DNA of 64,000 nucleotides, from NCBI GenBank assembly GCA_024790105.1, contig GCA_024790105.1_3053.1. One strand, 5' to 3'. The position numbers and the translations under genes were made by a program. The notes below the pieces were generated by a model. It did not search any database. It had not been told where the DNA came from and saw nothing but the letters and a program-made list of their open reading frames with translations. How positions within the stretch are numbered: the first letter of the stretch is position 1; the number at the start of each line of letters is the position of its first letter. Source of the DNA: a phage. Positions 10,653 through 20,004 of this stretch are shown here, piece by piece.

Positions 10653-11668
10653 TGTGTTGCCTCTACATATAACTGATTTGCATATTGAATAAGTGCTTCA
10701 CGGTCAGAATCAGTGATGTCTGGAATTGCATTAATGTATTCTTCCATCAACGTCTGAAGAGATTGAACTTCAACTTCTTCACTATCATCTGACTCGACAG
10801 AGTTATCAATCTTTGACACAACTCGTAATGAATGCACAACTTTTTCTAGTTCAGATTCGAACTTCGTTAGATTTTTGTCTACCTCAGTTACTATAACACG
10901 TACTGATAGATTTGTAAAATCTTTATAGTCAATTTTTCCCTTAAATGGATATTGAATTCGACGATGCCAGGTGGTGTTGTTTGGAATAAATTCCATTCGT
11001 TCTGTTTCTGTATCAAACATCCAGAACCCACGAGGGTCATTCTCGTCACCTGCAGTTAGTGTCCATGGTGTCCCAATATATCTGACGTTAGCAGCCTCAG
11101 AGATAGTATGGAAGTGACCAGACCACACCTCTTTATAAGTCTTAAGGAAATCAGGTTCAAGACCGTGAGATTTCATTCCTTTATAAAAATAAAATCCATT
11201 CAATTCCCAGTGACCAACACAAAAAGAAGCAGATGAAGTTTTGATGTGTTCAAGAATTTCACCAGTGTTTTCTTCACACATCCAAGGAATCAAATCAATC
11301 AAACATCCGTCAAAATCTACTGTAGTAGGCTTATCATATACTTTAACATTAGGATATTTAGCCAAAAGCTCAGTAGAGGCATTTGGATGCATTACATTTT
11401 TGTAGTGAAGATCGTGATTTCCTACAATAGTATGTAATGTGATTCCAGCACCATCAAGCATTTGAACTATTTCACGGGCAAACTCCATAGTTTTATGCGT
11501 GATTGCTTTTCGCACATCAAAAATATCACCGTATTGAATCCAGGTAGTAATTCCATTTTTCTTAGAATATTCTATTGCTTGTTTAATTCCATCAATTTGA
11601 ATACCGCGAATCCACTCATCATCAGCTTTAACGCCTAAATGCCAATCACCTAAATTTAAAATTTTCAT
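10649..11668 (-). CDS. 47: Recombination nuclease subunit gp47 (Mre11/SbcD-like)
   Basis: 339 aa; calcineurin-like phosphoesterase motifs (GDWH, GNHD); T4 length. Confidence 0.9.
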   Translation of the reverse strand: MKILNLGDWHLGVKADDEWIRGIQIDGIKQAIEYSKKNGITTWIQYGDIFDVRKAITHKTMEFAREIVQMLDGAGITLHTIVGNHDLHYKNVMHPNASTELLAKYPNVKVYDKPTTVDFDGCLIDLIPWMCEENTGEILEHIKTSSASFCVGHWELNGFYFYKGMKSHGLEPDFLKTYKEVWSGHFHTISEAANVRYIGTPWTLTAGDENDPRGFWMFDTETERMEFIPNNTTWHRRIQYPFKGKIDYKDFTNLSVRVIVTEVDKNLTKFESELEKVVHSLRVVSKIDNSVESDDSEEVEVQSLQTLMEEYINAIPDITDSDREALIQYANQLYVEATQ

Positions 11669-11831
11669 ATATCAAGAACCGTCATTGAAATGCAAAATAA
11701 AATTATTGAAATAAATCCATCTGGAGTGCTAAAGAACCCAATCCAACATGCTCTAGTGAATAGATAAAATGCAAGAAAAAGTATCACATATCCAAGAAAT
11801 ATCATTATATCAAACTCTGTATAAAGCTAAA

Positions 11832-11843
11832 GGGCCGAAGCCC
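11832..11843 (-). promoter_or_regulatory. C(UUCG)G tetraloop hairpin at 3' end of agt
   Basis: GGGCCGAAGCCC immediately after the agt stop codon. Confidence 0.45.
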
Positions 11844-11844
11844 T

Positions 11845-13047
11845 TTATTTTGTAATAATGTCAAACTGTTCTTTAAAGCAGAAGCTTGAATCTTGGTGCT
11901 GATACAAAAATTCATATGCTTTTTCTCGCTCGCGGTCATAAAGAGCTCGGTCAGATGACAGTTCTTTAATACGTTCAAATGTTGATTCCATGTCATTTTC
12001 ATCAAACCAAATGATACCGCTATCATGCGAGGTCAAAGGAGTATTATCAACACGGAATTTTAAATTTTCGCCAGTAGATTTCCAAAATACCGGAATTGTT
12101 CCACATGCACCAAGCTCGAGATGAGTATATTCTAAAGAACGTTGCAGATATTTTTTATCCAACTTACTCAACTGATAACCAAAACCGGATTTACTCATGC
12201 GTTCAAGCATTTCGCTATTTACATAACGGTCAAGAATTTGCGTTGGCAAATTAGGAGCAATTTTAATTTGGTCTACTTGATGAAGACGATAATACTCGTA
12301 TGGAATTCCCTTTTCTTTAATAGGAATGAACGCTGGAGAACGTTCCAGACCTTCCATAATAGTACTTAGTCCTGCAGGTTTAAGATGTTTTTCGTGAAAA
12401 TCAAACATCTGATAAAAGCCTTTCCATGTAGTAGTACGACCAATCCAACGGTTGATATTCATGTTAATTTCAGAAACATCTTTCCAATAGGTTGATCGAA
12501 CCTTCGCAATATCCATAGGAGGCTGGAAGTTATATACGGTCGGTGCTTCTTCAATATCATCAAACAGAGAAACTGTTTCTGGATACCATTCTTTCATTAA
12601 AACTTTATTAAAATCACCATTATCAGAATGACTAAAAATAACATCAGCTCGACGAACAGTTTCTTCTAATCCCAAATTTCGGCGCAAAGAAAGAGAAGAA
12701 TGGTCATGCTGATAAACTACAACACGAACCGAAGGTTTAATGTTATCAATAATTTTTTTATAGTTATTGATGGTGTCTTCTTCAACCGAAGTAGCAGGAA
12801 CTGAATTGATAATTAGAATATCACAATCATTTACCAGCTTAAGTGTTTTATCATATTCTTTTGCCAATAAAACCGGAATTGAAAATGATTTATAATCATG
12901 CGCGCAATTACGAGTAAATGATTTATCTTTAGCATAAACCAAAGTTACTTCATGACCATTTTTAATAAACCAATCACGTTGCTCGAGTGAGAATTTTGTT
13001 ACACCACAACCTTCAAGACCTCGAGCCAGAAAAATGCATACTTTCAT
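11845..13047 (-). CDS. agt: DNA alpha-glucosyltransferase
   Basis: 400 aa; N-terminus (M)KVCIFLARGLEGCGVTKFSLEQRDWF matches T4 AGT as recalled. Confidence 0.9.
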   Translation of the reverse strand: MKVCIFLARGLEGCGVTKFSLEQRDWFIKNGHEVTLVYAKDKSFTRNCAHDYKSFSIPVLLAKEYDKTLKLVNDCDILIINSVPATSVEEDTINNYKKIIDNIKPSVRVVVYQHDHSSLSLRRNLGLEETVRRADVIFSHSDNGDFNKVLMKEWYPETVSLFDDIEEAPTVYNFQPPMDIAKVRSTYWKDVSEINMNINRWIGRTTTWKGFYQMFDFHEKHLKPAGLSTIMEGLERSPAFIPIKEKGIPYEYYRLHQVDQIKIAPNLPTQILDRYVNSEMLERMSKSGFGYQLSKLDKKYLQRSLEYTHLELGACGTIPVFWKSTGENLKFRVDNTPLTSHDSGIIWFDENDMESTFERIKELSSDRALYDREREKAYEFLYQHQDSSFCFKEQFDIITK

Positions 13048-13099
13048 TTAATATCCTCATTGTTTTGGTTTATTTTACCAAAAAAATTATAAAGCAATA

Positions 13100-13117
13100 T
13101 AGGAGCCGAAGCTCCTA
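13100..13117 (-). promoter_or_regulatory. UUCG-type stem-loop upstream of agt
   Basis: TAGGAGC-cgaa-GCTCCTA palindrome in the intergenic region. Confidence 0.4.
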
Positions 13118-13291
13118 TCCACATAATACGCCATACAGAGGCTCGTTAGAACTTTTAAATTTTATGCGCTTATATGTTATAGTTCCTTCTGCTTTAGCTT
13201 TATCATGAGACTCTTTAAAGCGTCTCATCATTTCTACTTTAGAGGAACGAATTTTATTATAATCTATTTCAGAAGTCTGGGTGTTCATCTT

Positions 13292-13498
13292 TCACAGTTG
13301 CCACCATTTTTTGACTTGATAAGAATCAACCCACACTTTCATATTAGGGTCTGCTCTTACAATAGGAGGATTAACTTCTTTAATTGAACTATCATGGTAT
13401 TCTTTTTCAGAAATTTTCACACAAAGATGACCATTCAAAGATTCAGTAAATCCTGCATTAATTTTAAGACGCTTGAATTTTACGTGTGTAAGCATCAA
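13292..13498 (-). CDS. Small hypothetical protein
   Basis: 68-aa ORF in operon orientation. Confidence 0.3.
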   Translation of the reverse strand: MMLTHVKFKRLKINAGFTESLNGHLCVKISEKEYHDSSIKEVNPPIVRADPNMKVWVDSYQVKKWWQL

Positions 13499-13781
13499 TC
13501 ATATCCTCAATTTGCGATCTAGTAGTCTTCCAAAGAATACTGATGAGTTCATCGTTATATGGCTGTTTTAGAATATCCCGACTTTTCTTGATAGCATATT
13601 CGTATTGAGCAAAATTATTGTTTTCAGCTGCAATCTGAGCGTGCTTATAAAGACGATTCAGTTCGCGTTTGTTTTTAGACAATAACTTATTTGCTTTTCT
13701 TTCTGCTTCAAGACGGTTCTTTTCTTCAATAGAAGAAATAAGCTTTTCCACTTCATCATTAATTTCGGGTTTATCAGTCAT
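13464..13781 (-). CDS. Hypothetical protein
   Basis: 105-aa ORF, charged/helical. Confidence 0.4.
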   Translation of the reverse strand: MTDKPEINDEVEKLISSIEEKNRLEAERKANKLLSKNKRELNRLYKHAQIAAENNNFAQYEYAIKKSRDILKQPYNDELISILWKTTRSQIEDMIDAYTRKIQAS

Positions 13782-13782
13782 A

Positions 13783-14001
13783 TTATTTCTCTAATATAAA
13801 ATAAAAATCATCATCTGTTAAATGATACCGATAGTTTAATTCTACACCATTAGATTTAAAAGCGGTATCATACGGATTTTCTGGATCAATATCAATGTCA
13901 AGAGCTAAAACTTCCCTGAGATACATTTTAAGTAAATAGGGAATAGCTTCAACTTCAGGTATTTCTTCCAAGAATCCGGAGAGGTTAATCGTTAGCCTCA
14001 T
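13783..14001 (-). CDS. Hypothetical protein
   Basis: 72-aa ORF immediately downstream of gene 55. Confidence 0.4.
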
Positions 14002-14542
14002 ATAAAAAATCCAAACTAGGAGAATCGTCTACAACACTTTTCTTTTCAGCCCCCGGTGTTCTATAGGTTGATTCTTCGTAATGCGTCATTTTATCGTAGA
14101 TGTCTTGAATAAAAGTTTCATCTACTAACGCAACCATATCGTCGTCACGACTGTCATAGACATTGTGAACGAAGTAACTATATTTCTTTGCAACTTCCTT
14201 ACGTTCTTTTTTAATACGCTGGACGAATGCATTAAAACAAGCTTGAGTTATATATGCATGCGGGTTTTTATATTTCGTTTCATCAAAATTGTGAAGCCCC
14301 TTAATAGAAGCTTCTATACCATCTGCAATCATTTCTTGTTTCCAAGACTGGGTGTATCCTGAAAAGTTGAAACGTTTAGATAAGCCTTCTGCAATAAGCA
14401 TAATGGCTAATCCGATAGTATCATTCTGACGAACTACTTTATTTGGGTCTTTATTATTTGCTAATTCTGTTTTCCAATCAATAATAGCTTGTAAAAGCTC
14501 TTTATTGTTTACGTAATTATATTTAGGCTTAGTTTCTGACAT
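13985..14542 (-). CDS. 55: Late-transcription sigma factor gp55
   Basis: 185 aa from [21 protein letters not shown]; matches T4 gp55 as recalled. Confidence 0.9.
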
Positions 14543-14620
14543 TTTCACCTCTTAGCTCAATTCATAGATCTATTATATCATAATATTTGAAGATCTATCT
14601 TAAAGCATAGAGGATATCAG

Positions 14621-14890
14621 TTATCTAAGTAAACAGTATGCTTGGAACACTTTCTCCATCATCTTTTTAAATTCATGAATATCTATATAATGACTAGTTA
14701 AATCAGCATGATATAAAAAGTCTAAAAACTTTTCATGTGTACTAACATATTCACTTTCATTTAATTCAGAAACATGGCTTTCCCAATATCCAACACCAGT
14801 CTTATTTGGGAAAAATGAAATTTTCATGTATTGGTCAACATAGAAAATGCCATAATTTTCAATAGTAATAGAAATATTAATAAATTTCAT
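14621..14890 (-). CDS. Hypothetical early protein (55.x region)
   Basis: 89-aa ORF. Confidence 0.4.
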   Translation of the reverse strand: MKFINISITIENYGIFYVDQYMKISFFPNKTGVGYWESHVSELNESEYVSTHEKFLDFLYHADLTSHYIDIHEFKKMMEKVFQAYCLLR

Positions 14891-15102
14891 ACATTCATCA
14901 ACTTAGCCGCTTCAAGAGCTGCATCTAGTGAATCAAATTGGTCAACATATTCAATCAATTCGCCGTAATTGGCATATAACCACCATTGGCTAAATTCATA
15001 CTCAAGGATGAATCCGTTTCCTTCAATTTGAGTTAAACCAATGCCATTTGTATTTACTTCATATCCAGCAAGACGCAAATCGTTAATAAGAGCTTCGTTC
15101 AT
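14887..15102 (-). CDS. Hypothetical early protein
   Basis: 71-aa acidic ORF. Confidence 0.4.
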   Translation of the reverse strand: MNEALINDLRLAGYEVNTNGIGLTQIEGNGFILEYEFSQWWLYANYGELIEYVDQFDSLDAALEAAKLMNV

Positions 15103-15104
15103 AA

Positions 15105-15431
15105 TTATACCTTAGTAATTTTCAGGTCTGCAAATTTTTTCTTACGTTGATTTTTCATGCGACGAATAGTTTTATCGGAAATTTCATGCTTTTGATAAGC
15201 TTTAGATTCTACACCAAAAGCTTTAACATCAAATTCTGACAAGATATATTGAACCAACAATTCACGGACAGTATTGCGTCCAATCTTCTGATCATTCTGT
15301 TTCATCGTCTGATGAAGCTCTTTTTCCCATTTATCCAAAATTTGAGGAGTTACAATATCGCCTTTTTCTAGCAAAGAAACTACTTTATCATATGCGTAAG
15401 AATTGATGGCGTTTTTAATTTGAATAGTCAT
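15105..15431 (-). CDS. Hypothetical early protein
   Basis: 108-aa ORF. Confidence 0.4.
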   Translation of the reverse strand: MTIQIKNAINSYAYDKVVSLLEKGDIVTPQILDKWEKELHQTMKQNDQKIGRNTVRELLVQYILSEFDVKAFGVESKAYQKHEISDKTIRRMKNQRKKKFADLKITKV

Positions 15432-15471
15432 ACATTATCCTCAATTACGTTAAAATTTTATTATCCAAAAA

Positions 15472-15483
15472 GGGCCGAAGCCC
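15472..15483 (-). promoter_or_regulatory. C(UUCG)G tetraloop hairpin
   Basis: GGGCCGAAGCCC in a gene junction. Confidence 0.4.
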
Positions 15484-15684
15484 TTAGCTAAACTTTTTGG
15501 CACCCTTCCAGCCTTCGTACATCATTGCGACTGACAATGACAATGCTCCTTCACATGCTGCATACTTATTATTCCAGAACCAATTTAGAAAAACTTCATC
15601 CTCAATACCATTGTGTTTCATGTTCTGGAAAAATTTGGCGCGTTCTTCAGCAATTCGCTGCGATAATTTAGATTCAGGATTCAT
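15484..15684 (-). CDS. Hypothetical early protein
   Basis: 66-aa ORF. Confidence 0.35.
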   Translation of the reverse strand: MNPESKLSQRIAEERAKFFQNMKHNGIEDEVFLNWFWNNKYAACEGALSLSVAMMYEGWKGAKKFS

Positions 15685-15900
15685 TTAAATTTCCCAATTA
15701 CCATTTTCATCAATAAATTTAATCCAGTCATTTACTGACCACTTAGTTGTATCGCCTTTTGGAGTAGCATTTAAAGTATATAGCCCTTGCTTAAAAAGCA
15801 TTCGTTTGGTATTCATATTTTCCTCAGCTGTAACGATAGCACTCGTTTGATTTACGTTTAGCAACTCGTTGAGAAATATTATAATCAAAATCATCGTCAA
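15685..15900 (-). CDS. Hypothetical small membrane protein
   Basis: 71 aa with N-terminal hydrophobic helix. Confidence 0.35.
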   Translation of the reverse strand: MTMILIIIFLNELLNVNQTSAIVTAEENMNTKRMLFKQGLYTLNATPKGDTTKWSVNDWIKFIDENGNWEI

Positions 15901-16117
15901 TGTAAACTGATTTTTTCAACTTTCTTACTTCACCACGTAATTGACGATTCAATTCATTCTTAACCTCTGAATCAACACCTCGCATACGTCGCCATTTATC
16001 TGAGCGAAAAATGTTTTCAACCATATCTTTATGACTTACACCATCAGGAGCTTTACGCTTTCCGAAATAGTCATAATCACGAACTTTCAAGTCTTTACGA
16101 CGATACGTTTTACCCAT
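15824..16117 (-). CDS. Hypothetical basic protein
   Basis: Start placed at internal Met (MGKTYRR) to avoid a long overlap with the upstream ORF. Confidence 0.35.
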   Translation of the reverse strand: MGKTYRRKDLKVRDYDYFGKRKAPDGVSHKDMVENIFRSDKWRRMRGVDSEVKNELNRQLRGEVRKLKKSVYIDDDFDYNISQRVAKRKSNECYRYS

Positions 16118-16292
16118 GGAGTTTAATTTCCTTAGCAACTGAACTAAATGCAGCACGATCGCAAATCATGCGTTTATGTAACTTGAGTATAATATAGCAA
16201 ACTTCAAAACTATTTACATGAGTAACACGAACAGCATTACCATTAATGAGATAATACTGTCCATTTTTAATTTCTTTATCAACCATAACCAT
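16110..16292 (-). CDS. Hypothetical small protein
   Basis: 60-aa ORF directly downstream of promoter cassette at 16323-16352. Confidence 0.35.
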   Translation of the reverse strand: MVMVDKEIKNGQYYLINGNAVRVTHVNSFEVCYIILKLHKRMICDRAAFSSVAKEIKLHG

Positions 16293-16322
16293 ATCAATTC
16301 CTCAAAGGCAATTCATATGTTA

Positions 16323-16352
16323 ATAATACCACAGTTTGAGCTTGTTGTAAAC
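16323..16352 (-). promoter_or_regulatory. T4 early-type promoter cassette
   Basis: Reverse complement GTTTAC - 18 nt - TGGTATTAT; A/T-rich UP region. Confidence 0.5.
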
Positions 16353-16424
16353 AACTTTGTGAAAATTATTTTAGGGAATGATAAGAAGGGAACGATAGCT
16401 TAGAATGGTAATATACAGAATGTG

Positions 16425-16447
16425 AGAAAGAAAGGCCCAGAGGGCCC
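16425..16447 (-). terminator. Stem-loop terminator after nrdH
   Basis: GGGCCCTCTGGGCC hairpin followed by a T-rich tract on the minus transcript. Confidence 0.45.
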
Positions 16448-16450
16448 GTC

Positions 16451-16774
16451 TTAGTCTTCTATGATATCTCTATCATATCCAAGTGAAATGAGAGTTTCTT
16501 TGAAGTGTTTAATGTTCTTTTGTCTAGAATCATTAATGAAAATGACTGGATAACGAATGTTAAGAGATGTGAATCCAGCGCGTTTAGCAAGAGATACAAT
16601 CAGCGGACGATCATACTCAATCTTACCGTTATTTGTAAGAACTTTATAGAAAGTAAAAGGAGCATTGAGCTCCTTTAGAAGTTTTGTAACTGATTGACAT
16701 CCAGGACAACGACCTACTTCTTCGGGGATGCCATAGATTTCAATCTTATTCTTTAAGTTCGAGTTTTGTTCCAC
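16451..16774 (-). CDS. nrdH: NrdH-like glutaredoxin
   Basis: Glutaredoxin fold with CPGC active site; start assigned to in-frame GTG with AAGGA Shine-Dalgarno; ORF track shows a longer 150-aa frame. Confidence 0.5.
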   Translation of the reverse strand: MEQNSNLKNKIEIYGIPEEVGRCPGCQSVTKLLKELNAPFTFYKVLTNNGKIEYDRPLIVSLAKRAGFTSLNIRYPVIFINDSRQKNIKHFKETLISLGYDRDIIED

Positions 16775-17057
16775 GAGAAATAATTCCTTGATAAGCCCAG
16801 TATGGCGGGTTAACAGAATCCTCACCAGAGTTTTCTTCAGGAAAATAAACCTGGATAACAAATCCAGATGCATCAAAGGTAAAATAAACCGTAGGCAGTT
16901 CACCTAACAACTCGGCACGAGCGTTGATTTCTTCGAGGTCTTGTTCACGTCCAGCCCAGAAGCTTGGGTTCAGACTACATTCATAGAAATAATAGTCATT
17001 ACCGAACATATCAAAACCCTTCCAACTCTCTACTACATACCGCTCAAAACTAATCAT
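16746..17057 (-). CDS. Hypothetical protein
   Basis: 103-aa ORF between nrdG and nrdH. Confidence 0.4.
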   Translation of the reverse strand: MISFERYVVESWKGFDMFGNDYYFYECSLNPSFWAGREQDLEEINARAELLGELPTVYFTFDASGFVIQVYFPEENSGEDSVNPPYWAYQGIISRGTKLELKE

Positions 17058-17059
17058 AA

Positions 17060-17275
17060 TTAAGCCTTTTTATCAAGAACAGCATTCAGCTTGTTAATAA
17101 TTTTATCCAGACGCTCATTAAACTCACTAGAAGATAAGCCCTTTTCTGGAGAAATTAAACTAATCACGAAAAATATAGCAATAAAAGGAATAAGGAAAAT
17201 AGCTCCAACTGCCATAAACAGAAAGAATGTTACAGTTGTAAGAAAATCAGCTAAACCTTTACGAAATTTATACAT
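17060..17275 (-). CDS. Small membrane protein
   Basis: 71 aa; central hydrophobic helix. Confidence 0.4.
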   Translation of the reverse strand: MYKFRKGLADFLTTVTFFLFMAVGAIFLIPFIAIFFVISLISPEKGLSSSEFNERLDKIINKLNAVLDKKA

Positions 17276-17391
17276 ATTTTACCCTTAATTGATTAACCAA
17301 GCATTGATAAGCACTAAACTATATTGGGAATAAAATTCTGGACCAAAAATGAAAAATCATATCATTTATAGTATCCATAATGTAATTCAAT

Positions 17392-17862
17392 TTAATCATG
17401 TTTCCACACCCCATCGGTATTTGACCAAAGTCGCTGATTATCTGATCCTCGCCACAGCTTTTTAGTCGGAAGATTTTTCTCATACTTCCCATCAATAATA
17501 ACATCAACATATTTAAGCATTTCTAGTTGTTTAATATCCTCAAACTTATATCCTGTCCACAACCAAATGCTTTTATTTGGATAAAGATTTTTTACTGTTT
17601 GAACAATGCAATGAATAACATCTCGGTTATCAGGATAGAGAGGGTCTCCTCCAGTTATAGTCAATCCTTCTATATAATCATTATTCAAACATTCAATTAA
17701 TTGTTCCAGTGTTTCACCAGTGAATGGAACGCCATTTCTAGCATTCCATGTTGATTTATTATAACACCCTTCGCATTTATGCAAACAACCAGTAACGAAA
17801 AGAACTGTCCTGCATCCAGGACCATTAACAAAGCAGCACGGGTATATTCTGTCATAATTCAT
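17392..17862 (-). CDS. nrdG: Anaerobic ribonucleotide reductase activating enzyme NrdG (radical SAM)
   Basis: 156 aa; Cys motif C-x3-C-x2-C near N-terminus; T4 length. Confidence 0.9.
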   Translation of the reverse strand: MNYDRIYPCCFVNGPGCRTVLFVTGCLHKCEGCYNKSTWNARNGVPFTGETLEQLIECLNNDYIEGLTITGGDPLYPDNRDVIHCIVQTVKNLYPNKSIWLWTGYKFEDIKQLEMLKYVDVIIDGKYEKNLPTKKLWRGSDNQRLWSNTDGVWKHD

Positions 17863-18691
17863 TTATATATTTCCAATTATAGCCTTCAACACTTTTACGT
17901 TCGCCATTTAAACATTTTAAAATATTTCCTTTGCTAGAAATATTAAAATATTTTGCTGCGTCTGGTATATAATTAAATGTTTTTAAAAGAACACCATCTT
18001 TATATGCGCCAAATAAATTAAGAGTATATTTTTCTCGAAGACGCTGATGTTTCCTTTTCATAACCTCAGGATTTGCATACGCCAACTTCAATGAATTTCT
18101 GTGTTTTTCTTTTACTTCAGGTTTTTGCATTGCTAACTTAGTTAGCCTGGAAATTTTATTTCTAACTTCGTCAGTTTTCATTGCATTTGACAAATTTAAT
18201 AAAGTTTTATTTCTAACTTCAGGTTTTTGCATTGCTAACTTAGTTAGTTCTCTATGTCTTTTTCTAAAATCGTCATCCTTCCATATATTTTTCGATAATT
18301 TTGACATAGAGCGGTGAAATAATTCCTTTTCACTGGAATACAATTTAAAAATTTCATCCAATTCATCCGCATTAAATCTATCGGTATTCGAGTTTATCAT
18401 TCTATGAAAGGCATAACACATTTTACTATTGCTTGTTTTAGCTAAATAGTAATGAGCTAACGCATGGTCATAATATGACAAATTAACAATATTCCATTTA
18501 TCTGTTTTATATTCAGGAAATATAGATTTGGGAAGCACGTGATGTGCTTCCGTTTTTCCTTTTATTTTAGGATTATTATAATTTTTTGTTATCAAATCAA
18601 CATATGACAATAGTAAATCATTATTTTCTTCAAATATTAAAGATAATTTATCATTCACAAAATCGCAAGGATAAAATCTATCATAATTCAT
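17852..18691 (-). CDS. HNH homing endonuclease (MobD-like)
   Basis: HNH-type His motif AHHVLPKS...YYDHALAH; C-terminal NUMOD-like repeats; located between nrdD and nrdG. Confidence 0.7.
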   Translation of the reverse strand: MNYDRFYPCDFVNDKLSLIFEENNDLLLSYVDLITKNYNNPKIKGKTEAHHVLPKSIFPEYKTDKWNIVNLSYYDHALAHYYLAKTSNSKMCYAFHRMINSNTDRFNADELDEIFKLYSSEKELFHRSMSKLSKNIWKDDDFRKRHRELTKLAMQKPEVRNKTLLNLSNAMKTDEVRNKISRLTKLAMQKPEVKEKHRNSLKLAYANPEVMKRKHQRLREKYTLNLFGAYKDGVLLKTFNYIPDAAKYFNISSKGNILKCLNGERKSVEGYNWKYINEL

Positions 18692-18703
18692 TGGTGTTTA
18701 ACC

Positions 18704-20004
18704 CTATGCATGTTTTACTCGTTTTACCATTTCTTTCATTTTACCTAAATTCCATGGGACAACGCTAGGAGTTCCAAGATATCCGCATGTTCTTCTTATT
18801 GTGTTCATCTTTTTAGGATCAGTTTCTCCACAAATAGAACAAACAAATCCGTTTTCAGTAGGAGTCATTTCATGGGTACTTCCACATGTAAAACATTTAT
18901 CTACTGGCATGTTAACACCAAAATAATCTAAATGTTGTACAGCATAATCCCATACAGCCTCAAGACCTTTTAGGTTATTTTTCATATCAGGAAGTTCAAC
19001 ATAAGAAATGTGACCACCTGTCGCAATGAAATGATATGGCGCTTCACGAGAAATCTTTTCAAACGGAGTAATATTTTCTTCTACTGAAACATGGAAACTG
19101 TTAGTGTACCAGCCTTTATCGGTAACATCCTTTACACTTCCATATTTTTCTGTATCAAGTTTACAGAAGCGATAACAAAGGTTTTCAGCAGGAGTCGAAT
19201 ATAAACTAAAAGCAAATCCAGTTCTTTCAGTCCACTGTTTAAGATGAGCATTCATTTTAGTTAAAATTTCCTGTCCAATATCACGACCGACAAGAATATT
19301 CAATTCATGAATACCAATGTATCCTAGGGACACTGAACTTCTACCATTTTTAAATAACTCAATTATATCGTCATCAGGTTTAAGACGAACCCCGAATGCA
19401 CCTTCTTGGTAAAGAATAGGAGCAACAGTCGCTTTAACTCCTTTTAAGGAACTAATTCTACACATCAAAGCTTCAAAACACAGATCCATTCGTTCATTGA
19501 ATAATTCAGTAAATTTCTGTTCATTGAACTGTGTTCCAATATAAGAATCTAACGCAATACGAGGAAGATTCAGTGTTACAACACCAAGATTATTACGTCC
19601 ATCAAGAATTTCATTACCAGTCGAATCTTTCCATACGCTCAAGAAACTACGGCAACCCATTGGAGAAACAGGAACAGATGAACCAGTGATAGCTTTATTG
19701 TTCTTAGCTGAAATAATATCAGGATACATCCTTTTGCTTGCACACTCTAGAGCAAGCTGTTTAATATCATAGTTCGGATCGTCTTTGTAAAGATTAACGC
19801 CTTCTTCGACGAACATAACAAGCTTAGGGAAAATAGGAGTTATCCCATCACGACCGAGACCTTTAATACGATTTTTCAGAATTGCTTTCTGAATCATTCG
19901 TTCAGTCCAGTCAGTTCCTGTACCAAATGTAATTGTTACAAAAGGTGTTTGTCCGTTTGAACTGAAAAGTGTATTTACTTCATCATTATATTCAGCATGA
20001 GTCG
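18704..20004 (-). CDS. nrdD: Anaerobic ribonucleotide reductase NrdD, exon 2 (approximate 5' boundary)
   Basis: C-terminal Cys-rich zinc site and glycyl radical region; 443-aa frame; exon boundary not determined. Confidence 0.8.

Noticed and set aside
16451-16903. 150-aa version of the NrdH ORF as listed in the track
   Set aside because: The N-terminal 43 codons overlap the upstream gene in another frame and lack glutaredoxin homology; an in-frame GTG with a Shine-Dalgarno sequence gives a 107-aa glutaredoxin, which I prefer.
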